This document shows positions 38,362 through 48,256 of a DNA stretch of 64,000 nucleotides, one piece after another. Positions within the stretch are counted from its first letter, which is position 1. Each line of letters begins with the position of its first letter. The position numbers and the translations under genes were made by a program. The DNA is from a virus: positions 1-64,000 of IMG/VR virus record IMGVR_UViG_3300035698_016806. One strand, written 5' to 3'. The notes under the pieces are model-generated. The model did not search any database. It was not told the origin of the DNA and saw only the letters and a list, made by a program, of their open reading frames with translations.

Positions 38362-39909
38362 ACAAGACCGGACAAAATAAAATCCGGTCTTGATCAAATT
38401 AAAAAAATTAAACAATAAGACCCGGCTTTATTATTACTGGGTCTTATATGCTATGCTATCCCGTACCAACTACGTAAAAGGTTTTTTAATAGTTTTTATT
38501 GCCTTTACTTGTTTAAATTGTTTTTGGTGTCATCCTATAATTGGTGGTTTGTGGTTTGTGTTTTTTTGGTCCTTAATAACGGTTAAATTGTTTAGCTCCG
38601 CTTGAAAAGTTGTTTTATGATATCCAAATCCTATTTATTTGGAATGTGAAAAGTTTGGGCTTATTATTTTGCGAATCAGGTTTTGGTTGCTAACCGCCCG
38701 GTCACCGCCTTTAACTTTTTATTTTTTAGGGGATGTTATAAACTGTATCATTATAAAGTTTATAAGTAGGTATCCTGTTTGGTTAACTCAGACCCACCCA
38801 ACAATTATGTAAAAGATCAGCTTGACTATCCCGCCCCCTCTTGCCTTGCTCCTCTTGCTGCCCCTCTCACCTGCCGTCAGGTGAAACTACTATACGCTAA
38901 TAAAAAACATAACACAACCCCTTGAAATCATTGAACAATATGGCATATACCGCTTGTAAGCTATTGATATCATTGAATAATTTTTACCTATAAAAAAAAT
39001 TCATCTATGCAAAAAAAGATATGTAATAAAATCAGATACTTACAAGATAAATGGAAAAATAATTAGTTTAAAAGTATTTACTAATAAAAAAACATAATAA
39101 AATCAGATAGTTATACAATTAATTTATTTTAATTTATTTTAATTTATGTTTAAAATCGGTTTTTGTATGATTTAAGGCCGATTTAAACCGGTATATATAT
39201 GATAGTACTCGAATAGATCAAAACCGGCTTAAATAGGCTAAATACAGCGTTTTACGCCTATTTTGTCGTCTCTTATAACGTACACGGGCGCAGGCCCGGT
39301 CTATTAATTTTTTGACGGGCGCAGCGTAGAATAATCAATACAAGAATGGAGCAAGAATGGAACAAGAATGGAACAAGAATGATAAAATATGAATAGCGAT
39401 TCCATTAAATGAATATGATTCATTGACTAAATCGGATTTAGTAAATTGAATTCATTTGTAGAATACCGCTCGATAACATGGCCCGGATCAAACCCGGATT
39501 TACTGAATTGAATTTAGCGAATAAATCAGGTTCAATTGTATACAAAAAACTGCCGTGTAACATACTGATATTATAGGGAAAACTTGACCTATTAAGATTT
39601 GAGTTTTATACATAGGGCAGGCCCGGTCCTTGTCATACGTCTCTTAAATAGGCAAATAACACGTTTAAACACGTTTAAACACGATATAACATTTATTACA
39701 CAATTTTAATCTAAATTAATTTATGCCGGAAAAATATCAGAAATAAGAAATTATTCATCCACTGAATCAGATTCATTATATATCACCACGATATTAAATG
39801 AATATGACGCAATATTTGACTATTGTTTAATGTGAATATACAATATAATTATAATATATAAAATGAATCTGATTCATTTAATGAATATCGGGTCTGATTT
39901 AAACATTAA

Positions 39910-40040
39910 CTGAATTGTATTCATTCGCTGAATCAGATTCATCCACTGAATCAGATTCATCCACTGAATTGTATTCATTCGCTGAATCAGATTCATCCAC
40001 TGAATCAGATTCATCCACTGAATCAGATTCATCCACTGAA
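39910..40040. repeat. Seven tandem 18-bp units with palindromic core TGAATC-A-GATTCA
   Basis: Order B A A B A A A (A=ctgaatcagattcatcca, B=ctgaattgtattcattcg). Confidence 0.92.
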
Positions 40041-40278
40041 GCCCCTTTATTTTATGAAGCCGGGGCCTACTTCTCCATCACGTTGAAAAATTTCAGATAT
40101 CTGTATTAACAGGTATTGCCAGTAGTATTATCTCCACGTTGAAAAATTTAAAATCCTTGTATTACCAGTAATTATCTCCAACATATATAAAATACAATAT
40201 AAAATCCAATATAAAATCCAATATAAAATCCAATATAAAATCCATTTTCCTCTTGTATTATTTTTATACATTTTACTC

Positions 40279-40307
40279 TTGACAACCCTTTATTAATGCT
40301 TTATCAT
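40279..40307 (+). promoter_or_regulatory. sigma70-type promoter for the rightward operon
   Basis: TTGACA-17 bp-TATCAT. Confidence 0.6.
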
Positions 40308-40314
40308 CAACTCC

Positions 40315-40647
40315 ATGAAAACAATCACCAAAAAAGAACCTACAAATAATACCTTGAATACCCAAAGGGGTCCCTTGAACAACAGTATGAGAATTTCTAT
40401 CAGGATTTCTTCAGTAGTAACTTCTTTATCTATTAAAAAGAATTTAATCGCTATATGGATTTTGCTTATGAACACGGACCCGAAGGATAGCAAGGATGAT
40501 TTAACTGATTTCGTTTATACTTGTTTAGATAAATGGGATAAAGATACTGCCAAAGGGTTAAGTGATTTTGTTTCAGAGAAATTAATTCAAGATATGCTTG
40601 AGGCTGAAGATTATATTGAATACAAGAAAATTCTTGAGGGGTTATAA
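40315..40647 (+). CDS. Hypothetical protein
   Basis: First plus-strand ORF; start uncertain. Confidence 0.5.
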   Translation: MKTITKKEPTNNTLNTQRGPLNNSMRISIRISSVVTSLSIKKNLIAIWILLMNTDPKDSKDDLTDFVYTCLDKWDKDTAKGLSDFVSEKLIQDMLEAEDYIEYKKILEGL

Positions 40648-40656
40648 GGATTAGCT

Positions 40657-41397
40657 ATGAGGAAACTAAAAAGAAAACCAGTAGGTAAACCAACATCACC
40701 AATATCAGATCCAATAACTGAACGTAAAATATTACATGCTGAGAAAGCTGAAACCAAGTCTAAATCCAAGCCAGAATCCAAACATAAGTCCATACACAAA
40801 ACATTAAAGAAGGTTACTTCTAAAGCTCCTCTTAGGACAATCAGAAGATATAAAAAGCAAAAGTGTAATTTTGTTACTATAGATATTGATACCAAAGAGC
40901 CAAAGCAATGTAATTTCTTTGCTGTAGGAAAAGGAACATTATGTAAAAAGCATGGTGGAGATCCTGTTATAAAAGAAAACTTAATTTCAATTAAGGATGA
41001 GACATTATTACCAATGCATTTATCCAAGTTTAATCCAGCAGTACATCCACTGCAATATATTAATTTAAGTAGAGAGGGAATGTCAAAAGTAGAGATTGCA
41101 GCTTCAATGGAAATCTCTGTCCAAGTATTGAAAAGCTGGGCAGAAAGATTTGAATCCTTTAATACTGCAAGTGAGATAGGAGATGCATTACACGAATCCT
41201 GGTGGATACAGAGAGGAAAGGGTGGGTTAGATTCAAGGAATTTCAATACTTCTTTGTTTAAATTCTTGACCAGTAACAAATTAGGTTATTCTGATAAAAT
41301 GGAAACAAAGAATACCAACATGAATATGCATGGTGTTTTATTAATACCTGATGCTGTTACCGAAGATGAATGGGAAAAGGATGCCATAGATGTCTGA
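40657..41397 (+). CDS. Putative terminase small subunit
   Basis: CKKHGG motif, HTH-like EGMSKVEIAASMEISVQVLKSW, upstream of TerL. Confidence 0.7.
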   Translation: MRKLKRKPVGKPTSPISDPITERKILHAEKAETKSKSKPESKHKSIHKTLKKVTSKAPLRTIRRYKKQKCNFVTIDIDTKEPKQCNFFAVGKGTLCKKHGGDPVIKENLISIKDETLLPMHLSKFNPAVHPLQYINLSREGMSKVEIAASMEISVQVLKSWAERFESFNTASEIGDALHESWWIQRGKGGLDSRNFNTSLFKFLTSNKLGYSDKMETKNTNMNMHGVLLIPDAVTEDEWEKDAIDV

Positions 41398-41866
41398 TAT
41401 AAGAATTCCATCAATGTTGCTTATTTGTATTGGGAATAGTAGGGGAATGGAATGTTTCCCATTGATAAATATGTGGAGTATTTCCAGGAAAAGACAATGG
41501 AGAGATAAGCCAGAATCAGAGAAAGAAGCTCATAGGCAAAAAATGAGAGAAGTAATGCCAGGGGTTCGTAGAAAATACATGAAGACCATAACAGCAAAGC
41601 AGAAGAAAGTATTTGCCAAGATGATGAGTGATGGAAAGAAGAAATACTGGGCTAATATTTCTGAAGAAGATAAAAAAATCCATATTGCTAAAATGGCTGC
41701 TGGTATAAAAGTAGCCCGTGAAAATAATAGATATCCCAAAAACACATTTACTCCAGAAAAAGCAAGAAGGACATTGCATGGCATTAAAGAAGTTATTGAA
41801 TTGCCAAGGGTAAATACATATAGTGGAACTATCACAATGTCTGAAATGGAGAATCTAAATGCTTAA
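41390..41866 (+). CDS. Hypothetical basic helical protein between the terminase genes
   Basis: 158-aa ORF with W...S.E.K..H repeats. Confidence 0.55.
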   Translation: MSDIRIPSMLLICIGNSRGMECFPLINMWSISRKRQWRDKPESEKEAHRQKMREVMPGVRRKYMKTITAKQKKVFAKMMSDGKKKYWANISEEDKKIHIAKMAAGIKVARENNRYPKNTFTPEKARRTLHGIKEVIELPRVNTYSGTITMSEMENLNA

Positions 41867-41881
41867 CAGGATGGATTATAA

Positions 41882-44239
41882 ATGGCAAGAAAACCTATAA
41901 TCATATGGAAACCGTGGCCCGGATCTCAGCAGAAGTTCTTGACATGTCCTGCATGGGAATGTCTCCTTCATGGTAACAGAGGCGGCGGTAAAACGGACGT
42001 TCTTATTATGGATTTTCTGCAAGATGTTGATAAAGGGTTCGGGATTGATTATAAGGGGCTATTGCTCAGAGAAGCAACCACAGAACTTGGTGATGTTATA
42101 TCGAAGACAAAGAAGTGGATTCCACGAATCTTCCCTCTTGCAAAATATAATGGATCAAAGAAGATATGGACATTTTCAGATGGTGAAACTCTTTGGTTGA
42201 ATTATGCTCGGGTTGAAGCTGATTATGAACAGTATCATGGGCATGAGTACCCATGGATTGGTTGGGAGGAATTAACCAACCATGCGTTTGACAAAGTTTA
42301 TAAAAAATTGATGTCTTGTAATCGGTCATCCAACGCAGGAATCACACCAAAATATAGGGGAACTTGTAATCCAAGTGGTCCAGGACATCAGTGGGTTAAG
42401 CAAAGATTCATTGATGCTACACAAACAGGTAAAATTCTTAAAGAAGATATAGAATTCGAGTATCCCAATGAAAAGGGTGATACGGTTTCAACAACATTAA
42501 CTGTAACCAGAACTCATGTCAGAAGTTTTCAAGCAGAAAATAAATCATTGGCTGAAGCTGATCCTTTATATATGGCTAAAATATATGAATTGACTAAAGA
42601 TAATGAAATGCTTAGAGCCGCATGGATTGATGGTTCCTGGGATTTATTGATTGGTGGATTTTTTACTGATGTGTGGGATAAAGATATTCATGTGTTACCA
42701 ACATTCAAAGTTCCTACTTCTTGGGATCTTATCAGAAGCTTTGATTGGGGTTCTTCTAAGCCTTGGGCAGTCACTTATGGATTTATAACAAATGGGGAAC
42801 AACCTGATCCTCATTTACTTGGTGGAGAGATTATTCCATATATCCCAAAGGGTTCAGTGATCATTTGCACTGAGATATATGGATGGAACGGAAACATAAA
42901 TGAAGGTGATCAAGCCGTATCTTCTGAAATAGCAGAGCGTGTTTTGGCAGTTGACAATGCTTTATTAACTGAGTATGGTATACGTTGTGTTCCTGGACCA
43001 GCAGATACTTCCATTTACGATGTAAGAGACGGGACATCAATTGGAGCTAATTTAGGATCTTGTGGATGTCATTGGACAAGAGCTTACAAAGGAGCAGGAT
43101 CAAGAGTTGCTGGATGGTCAATTATTAGACAAATGTTAGGTGCTGCAAAAAGAGGTGATATAGAAACTCCACATCTGTACTTTTTTTCTCAAGCAGAGCA
43201 TCACATTAGAACATTACCAGTTCAACAGAGAGATCCGAAGAAGCCAGAAGATATTCAATGTTTTGTGGCAGGTACTATGGTGTCCTTAGAAAATGGATTT
43301 AGAAAGATTGAGGATATACTGGTTGGTGATATTGTTAAAACTCCGATAGGGTTGCGAAAAGTAATAAATGCCGGTTCTACTGGATTTGCAAAAATAACAA
43401 AGGTAATTTTCGGTGAAAATGAATTAAAGGGAACTTTTGACCATCCAGTATTTGTAGAAGGTGAAGGATTAGTTTCATTAAGTAAATTGGTTAAAGGAGA
43501 TATTTTATGTCAAAACTCATTACATATTTTAGAGGAATCAAATTCACAAGTGTCAATGAGGGATACTTTGAATGCCACCACAGTAATCGTAAAATTTTTG
43601 ATGGAACAACATTGTTGCACAGAGCAAAATGGCAATTCTATATTGGACCAATTCCAGCAGAACATGAACTCCATCATAAAAATAGAATCAAATATGATTG
43701 CAGTAGGAAAAATCTTGAACTTCTTCATGGCTCAGATCACGCAAGATTCCACCTGCAAGAAAGAATGCAGAAAGGTGGGGATTGTTACGAAAAACTTAAA
43801 ATATGGAGAAAATCTAAAGAGGGTAAACGACAGCTTCGATCTAATATTAAAAAATGTAGAGAAAATACTCCCGAAAGAAAATTTACGTGCGATTACTGTG
43901 GTAAGGTTGTTATTACAAAACATCCATCAAAGAAATTTTGCTCCCTTAAATGTAAAGAAGCAATATCAGGAAAAATTAAAAAAGAATGTGTCATGTGCGG
44001 AGAATTCTTCTGGACAAAACCACACAACACAAGAGAAACACAAACTTGTGGTTACGCATGTGGATGGGAATTGCGACGAAGCAACAGTATATAATTTGAC
44101 AACTGAGCAATCAGGAATGTATTATGCGAACGGCGTTCTTGTTTCTAATACAGATGGAGAGGATCATTGTATGGATTCCGCACGTTACCTAATTGCCAGA
44201 AGAATGTCAGCAATGAAACAAAGATCAGTAAAAAGTTAA
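41882..44239 (+). CDS. terL: Terminase large subunit with an intein in the nuclease domain
   Basis: GNRGGGKT, WEELT, TCNPSGPGHQWVK, FDWG, EDHCMDSARY. Confidence 0.95.
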   Translation: MARKPIIIWKPWPGSQQKFLTCPAWECLLHGNRGGGKTDVLIMDFLQDVDKGFGIDYKGLLLREATTELGDVISKTKKWIPRIFPLAKYNGSKKIWTFSDGETLWLNYARVEADYEQYHGHEYPWIGWEELTNHAFDKVYKKLMSCNRSSNAGITPKYRGTCNPSGPGHQWVKQRFIDATQTGKILKEDIEFEYPNEKGDTVSTTLTVTRTHVRSFQAENKSLAEADPLYMAKIYELTKDNEMLRAAWIDGSWDLLIGGFFTDVWDKDIHVLPTFKVPTSWDLIRSFDWGSSKPWAVTYGFITNGEQPDPHLLGGEIIPYIPKGSVIICTEIYGWNGNINEGDQAVSSEIAERVLAVDNALLTEYGIRCVPGPADTSIYDVRDGTSIGANLGSCGCHWTRAYKGAGSRVAGWSIIRQMLGAAKRGDIETPHLYFFSQAEHHIRTLPVQQRDPKKPEDIQCFVAGTMVSLENGFRKIEDILVGDIVKTPIGLRKVINAGSTGFAKITKVIFGENELKGTFDHPVFVEGEGLVSLSKLVKGDILCQNSLHILEESNSQVSMRDTLNATTVIVKFLMEQHCCTEQNGNSILDQFQQNMNSIIKIESNMIAVGKILNFFMAQITQDSTCKKECRKVGIVTKNLKYGENLKRVNDSFDLILKNVEKILPKENLRAITVVRLLLQNIHQRNFAPLNVKKQYQEKLKKNVSCAENSSGQNHTTQEKHKLVVTHVDGNCDEATVYNLTTEQSGMYYANGVLVSNTDGEDHCMDSARYLIARRMSAMKQRSVKS
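43259..44149 (+). mobile_element. Intein 4 (297 aa) carrying its endonuclease in an alternative frame
   Basis: Starts CFVAGTMV; GTFDHPVF; ends VYNLTT...YYANGVLVSN followed by Thr. Confidence 0.9.
43507..44094 (+). CDS. HNH endonuclease with Cys4 zinc-finger repeats, nested out of frame inside the terminase intein
   Basis: LLHRAKW...GPIP...HHKNRIKYDCSRKNLELL...H; CDYC...FCSLKC, CVMC...TCGYAC; AAAGGAGA RBS 6 nt upstream. Confidence 0.85.
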   Translation: MSKLITYFRGIKFTSVNEGYFECHHSNRKIFDGTTLLHRAKWQFYIGPIPAEHELHHKNRIKYDCSRKNLELLHGSDHARFHLQERMQKGGDCYEKLKIWRKSKEGKRQLRSNIKKCRENTPERKFTCDYCGKVVITKHPSKKFCSLKCKEAISGKIKKECVMCGEFFWTKPHNTRETQTCGYACGWELRRSNSI

Positions 44240-44251
44240 AGGAGATAACAA

Positions 44252-45796
44252 ATGGCATCAAAAAAACAAACAACGACCACAGCATCCATAGGCGCAGTTG
44301 ATACAGTTCATCCAGAATATGACAGGCACAAAGTGCCGTGGATGAGGGTTCGGGATTGTATGAAAGGGGAGGATGTTGTAAAATCCAAAAAAGAACTATA
44401 TCTCCCAAGACCTTCAGGAATGACAGGTGAACGTAAGAAAGCATATGATGCCTATTTGGAAAGGGCACATTTCCCACTTGTAGTTTCCTATGCTCTTTCA
44501 GGTGCTTTGGGCATTGTAATTACAAAACTACCTGAATTTAATGTGCCAAAACAACTTGAGTACATTCTGAAAACAGCTACCAAAGATGGTAGATCATTAA
44601 ACCAATTATTTCTTGATATTGTTATTGAAATATTTCAAACTGGCAGAGTTCCTTTGCTTGTAGATGTCATTGCTTCCAAAAATGAATTCAGGTTTGTTGA
44701 TTATAAAGCAGAAGCATTTATCAATTGGGGAATAAATTCAGAGCAAGAAGAAGAAAGTTTGTCTCTTGGAGTTTTGAAAGAAACAAGGCCTGATTCAGAT
44801 GATATTTTTTCTCATTCCACTAAAGATGTTTATCGTGTTTTGCAGTTGGTAGAAGAAAAATACACTACAGCTTTATATGGTACGGACGGAAATCAAATTG
44901 TAGATTCCAATGTATCGCCTGATTTAAGAGGAAAGCCAATTAATAGGATTCCTTTGTTCCTGGCAGGTTCAATTAATAACTCATTTGACATGCAACCAAT
45001 TCCTTTGATCTCAGTTGCTAATTGTTCTGTACAGATTTACAGAAAAGAGGCTGATCTTGCAAATTCAGAATACTTATCTTGTAATCCTACTCTTTGTATT
45101 GTAGGCGCAAGCAATGATGAAAATCTTCCTAATGTAGTTGGTTCCTCTGTAATGATTGTTATTCCAGACCCGGCAGCAAGAGTTTTTTATACTGTAACTG
45201 ACACAGCCGCATTAAAACATGTATCTGAACATATAACAGGGCTTTATGAAGAAGCAATCAGACACGGTGTTGCTATCTTAGACGCACGTAAAGGAGTCGA
45301 AGCAGCAGAATCACTCAGAATACGTCAATCAACGCAGAGCGCATCATTATACTCTGTTTTTCTGTCTGCTATGAACGCAATCAAGCAGGGTCTTGAGTTA
45401 ATGTGTGATTGGGGTGGATTTAACAAGGAAGAGGTTATTCTTGATGCTCCATCCTCACTTACTCAGGGTATTCCTGATTCAACCATACTTGCTCAGATAA
45501 TTGAAGGTTATGCCACTGGTGTTATCCCATTAGATGTTATCCATAGATATCTTGTTTATTCAGGTCTTCTTGATCAAACTATTGGTTATGATGATTATGT
45601 AACTTTGCTTAAATCTGATGATATGAATTTAGGCAGAAGTCCAGAAGAGGAAGGACTTTCTCTTAAAGACAAAGATGGAAATATTATTGGTGACAAAACG
45701 AAAAAAGATCCAGATAAAACGATTAGTGATCTTGAGAAAAAGAAAGCTGATGAAAAAGCTGAAAAAAGAGTTCCAAAAAAGATAGTTAAGAAGTAA
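44252..45796 (+). CDS. Portal protein (DUF4055-like)
   Basis: HPEY...W...VRDC.KGE...YLP...Y.AYLERA; position after TerL. Confidence 0.88.
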   Translation: MASKKQTTTTASIGAVDTVHPEYDRHKVPWMRVRDCMKGEDVVKSKKELYLPRPSGMTGERKKAYDAYLERAHFPLVVSYALSGALGIVITKLPEFNVPKQLEYILKTATKDGRSLNQLFLDIVIEIFQTGRVPLLVDVIASKNEFRFVDYKAEAFINWGINSEQEEESLSLGVLKETRPDSDDIFSHSTKDVYRVLQLVEEKYTTALYGTDGNQIVDSNVSPDLRGKPINRIPLFLAGSINNSFDMQPIPLISVANCSVQIYRKEADLANSEYLSCNPTLCIVGASNDENLPNVVGSSVMIVIPDPAARVFYTVTDTAALKHVSEHITGLYEEAIRHGVAILDARKGVEAAESLRIRQSTQSASLYSVFLSAMNAIKQGLELMCDWGGFNKEEVILDAPSSLTQGIPDSTILAQIIEGYATGVIPLDVIHRYLVYSGLLDQTIGYDDYVTLLKSDDMNLGRSPEEEGLSLKDKDGNIIGDKTKKDPDKTISDLEKKKADEKAEKRVPKKIVKK

Positions 45797-45860
45797 ATTA
45801 ACGAAAGTTTGAGACTTTCACACTGGGATCTTGAGGATTCCGCAATTAAGGAGAAAGAAA

Positions 45861-46628
45861 ATGCCCGTATTTGATTTTATCGAGAACACAGAACAAAGAG
45901 AGAAAGCTGAAAATCTTCACAAAATTGAAGTTGATCAGCTTACAGTTGATTTGACCAATGCAAACAAGGTTACAACAGAGGAAGCTGTGGCTGGTTTAAA
46001 AACCAAAAATGCTGAGATTCTGGATGAGAAAAAGACCCTCTCTGATAATCTTAAAAAGTTTGAAGGATATGATCCTGAAGCTGTTAAAGTTGCCACTGAT
46101 TTCTACACAAAGAATAAAGATGTCGAGTTCTTGAAAGATGGTACAGTGGAAGAACTTATCCAAACAAAAACTTCTGTGTTAACTGCTGATTTTGAAGCAA
46201 AAATTGGTGAAATGAGTGTGAATCTTACTGCTGCCCAGAAATCATCCAATGAGTACCAGGGATTATTTGAGTCCAAAGTAATTGATGATGGTGTTCGTGC
46301 AGCCGCAGTAAAAGCTGGAATGATTGATACTGCTGTTGAGGATGCTGTACTTCGTGGACGTGGTGTATTTTCACTTGATACAAATAAAATGATTGAAGCC
46401 CGTGATGCAGAAGGGAAGTTGGCAATTTCTTCTGACAAGAAAGTTTTGACCACTGAAAATTGGGTTGAAGATCTCAAAGAAACTTCTCCTCATTATTGGC
46501 CTCCATCTCAAGGAGCAGGGGCTACAGGTGGTAAAATTGGTCCTGAGAGTGATAAGGCAACTAAACTTCAAGCTCTTGCTGATGCTGGAGATGTTACAGC
46601 GTACAGAGCCATGCGAGATAAAAAATAA
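45861..46628 (+). CDS. Capsid scaffolding protein
   Basis: Coiled coil, GLKTKNAEIL, PHYWPPSQGAGATGG; precedes the capsid gene. Confidence 0.75.
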   Translation: MPVFDFIENTEQREKAENLHKIEVDQLTVDLTNANKVTTEEAVAGLKTKNAEILDEKKTLSDNLKKFEGYDPEAVKVATDFYTKNKDVEFLKDGTVEELIQTKTSVLTADFEAKIGEMSVNLTAAQKSSNEYQGLFESKVIDDGVRAAAVKAGMIDTAVEDAVLRGRGVFSLDTNKMIEARDAEGKLAISSDKKVLTTENWVEDLKETSPHYWPPSQGAGATGGKIGPESDKATKLQALADAGDVTAYRAMRDKK

Positions 46629-46811
46629 ATATGAATTCAGGACATAAACTACTTGACATTGAAGATTATATAATTTAATGTGATTATAATATTATTGGTG
46701 TTCTTGTGGGACATCTCAACAGTTTACGACCTTGGGGGTCAAAAACACATATGTTTTTTGGCCCCTTTCCTTTTCGAGAAGGGGCATAATTCTTAAAAAG
46801 GAGATTTAAAA

Positions 46812-47972
46812 ATGGCTAACATTTGGGAACATCCCTCAGTAATTGCAATGGAAGCTTTGACACATTTGGAAGATGCATTGGTCATAGCACCATTATGCGC
46901 CAAAGACGTAACAAGTGATTTCACCACTAAATCAAACGGCTGGAAAGTCGGCGATGAAGTATCTTTTAGAACTCATGGTGAATATGAAGTTGATGAGTTT
47001 ACAACCGATATCAGCACACAGGATGTTGCATCCAGCACCAGAGCCTTGAAGATTGAGAAACATTTTGATATTTCGATTGCCATTACAGCTTCCGAGCAAG
47101 CTATGGATCTTGATTCTTTTGTGGATCAGATCATCATCCCCGCCACATACAAACTTGCCGAAAAAGTAGATACGTTTATTGGTACGAAACTTCTCCAAGG
47201 TGCTGGAGCTTATTACAGTACTGGTCTTTTTGAAACTGCTGCTGATATTGCCCTGGCGAGAAAAAACGCAACTCTGCAACAGTTGGCAATGAATCGTTTC
47301 TGTCTGGTAGATCTTGACATTGAAGCAACTCTCCTGGGTCAGACATGGTTTAATCAGTCCCAGACCCGTGGTGCAGATGGTGAAACTACTCTCCGTAATG
47401 CTGACATGGGCCGGGTAATGGGGATGGATTTCTTCTCCAGTATTGCTTTTCCGACAGAAGCTGCCCTGTATGCAGTGGGTACAATGGGAGCTACAACCAC
47501 TGATTCTGCTTCCGGAACCAAAAATCTTATTGGTGGGAAGGTTCTCACCATTGATGCCCCTGGTGCTGGAACTATTGTTGCAGGAGATAGAATTATTGTT
47601 GCCGGGGCCAGGCGGCCATTGATTGCTGCTGCTGATGTGGCGGATACTACATCCATCACCACCATTGCTCTGCGTGATCCCATTGCTGAAGTTCTTGCTG
47701 ATGCTGCATCCGTAACTGTTGCTGCTGTTGGTAAAAATGTTCAGCATCACGGCGTTATTATGGATGACAGATCTCTTGCAATTGCATTTCCTATTCTTGA
47801 TCTTCCTGAAGATCGGGTAGCTGCAACTGTATCCAACAATGGCGTAAGTATTCGTATTGTTAAAGGTTATGATCTTGCCAAGAAGAAAACTACAATGTCT
47901 CTTGATCTCCTGTGTGGTGGTTTTGCTCTTGATCCCCGTCGAATCACAATGATCGGTGACAAGTCAGCATAA
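46812..47972 (+). CDS. Major capsid protein (P22 coat-like)
   Basis: MAN...EALTHLE...KVGDEV...GRVMGMDF...SIRIVKGYD...SLDLLCG. Confidence 0.88.
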   Translation: MANIWEHPSVIAMEALTHLEDALVIAPLCAKDVTSDFTTKSNGWKVGDEVSFRTHGEYEVDEFTTDISTQDVASSTRALKIEKHFDISIAITASEQAMDLDSFVDQIIIPATYKLAEKVDTFIGTKLLQGAGAYYSTGLFETAADIALARKNATLQQLAMNRFCLVDLDIEATLLGQTWFNQSQTRGADGETTLRNADMGRVMGMDFFSSIAFPTEAALYAVGTMGATTTDSASGTKNLIGGKVLTIDAPGAGTIVAGDRIIVAGARRPLIAAADVADTTSITTIALRDPIAEVLADAASVTVAAVGKNVQHHGVIMDDRSLAIAFPILDLPEDRVAATVSNNGVSIRIVKGYDLAKKKTTMSLDLLCGGFALDPRRITMIGDKSA

Positions 47973-48031
47973 TTAATTTAAATTAAGCCTAAACAATCCC
48001 TGAATTAATTTTCAGGGAGAAGGAGTACCAA

Positions 48032-48247
48032 ATGAAGCTTTTCAAAGGCGATAGAATCATGCAGAGCGTAGACAAACACCAATTGCAGGATTGTCTCGAT
48101 GCCGGATGGAGCAGAACAAAGGAAACAAAGGTTCCTGTAGAAGTCCTTGAAAAAGTGGAAGTCCCTGAAAAAGTGGGAGTCCCTGAACCTGTAGCGAAAG
48201 TGAAAATTGCCACAAAGAAAAAACTTAAATCAATTAAGAAAAAATAG
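48032..48247 (+). CDS. Small head-associated hypothetical protein
   Basis: ORF with AAGGAG RBS. Confidence 0.55.
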   Translation: MKLFKGDRIMQSVDKHQLQDCLDAGWSRTKETKVPVEVLEKVEVPEKVGVPEPVAKVKIATKKKLKSIKKK

Positions 48248-48256
48248 GAGGTTTAG

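Larger units (their letters stand above)
38113..40270. other. Divergent non-coding control / probable packaging region, rich in repeats
   Basis: Coding strand switches here; tandem 10-, 11-, 18- and ~28-bp repeats and long inverted repeats; no credible ORF. Confidence 0.65.

Noticed and set aside
38640-38900. tRNA or other known RNA gene in the GC-richer part of the non-coding region
   Set aside because: No cloverleaf or T-loop GTTC motif could be identified by eye.
39910-40109. ORF 39915..40109 (ESDSST repeats) or a mini-CRISPR
   Set aside because: The ORF is a by-product of the 18-bp tandem array, with no RBS and no unique spacers.
46653-46690. sigma70 promoter upstream of the capsid gene
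   Set aside because: TTGACA and TATAAT-like hexamers are present but not at a 16-18 bp spacing, so it was left uncalled.
46932-47750. 272-aa minus-strand ORF within the capsid gene, and similar antisense ORFs in the tape measure, clamp and DUF932 genes
   Set aside because: Ser/Ile-rich shadow frames without motifs or RBS, expected from codon bias, unlike the motif-bearing nested HNH.
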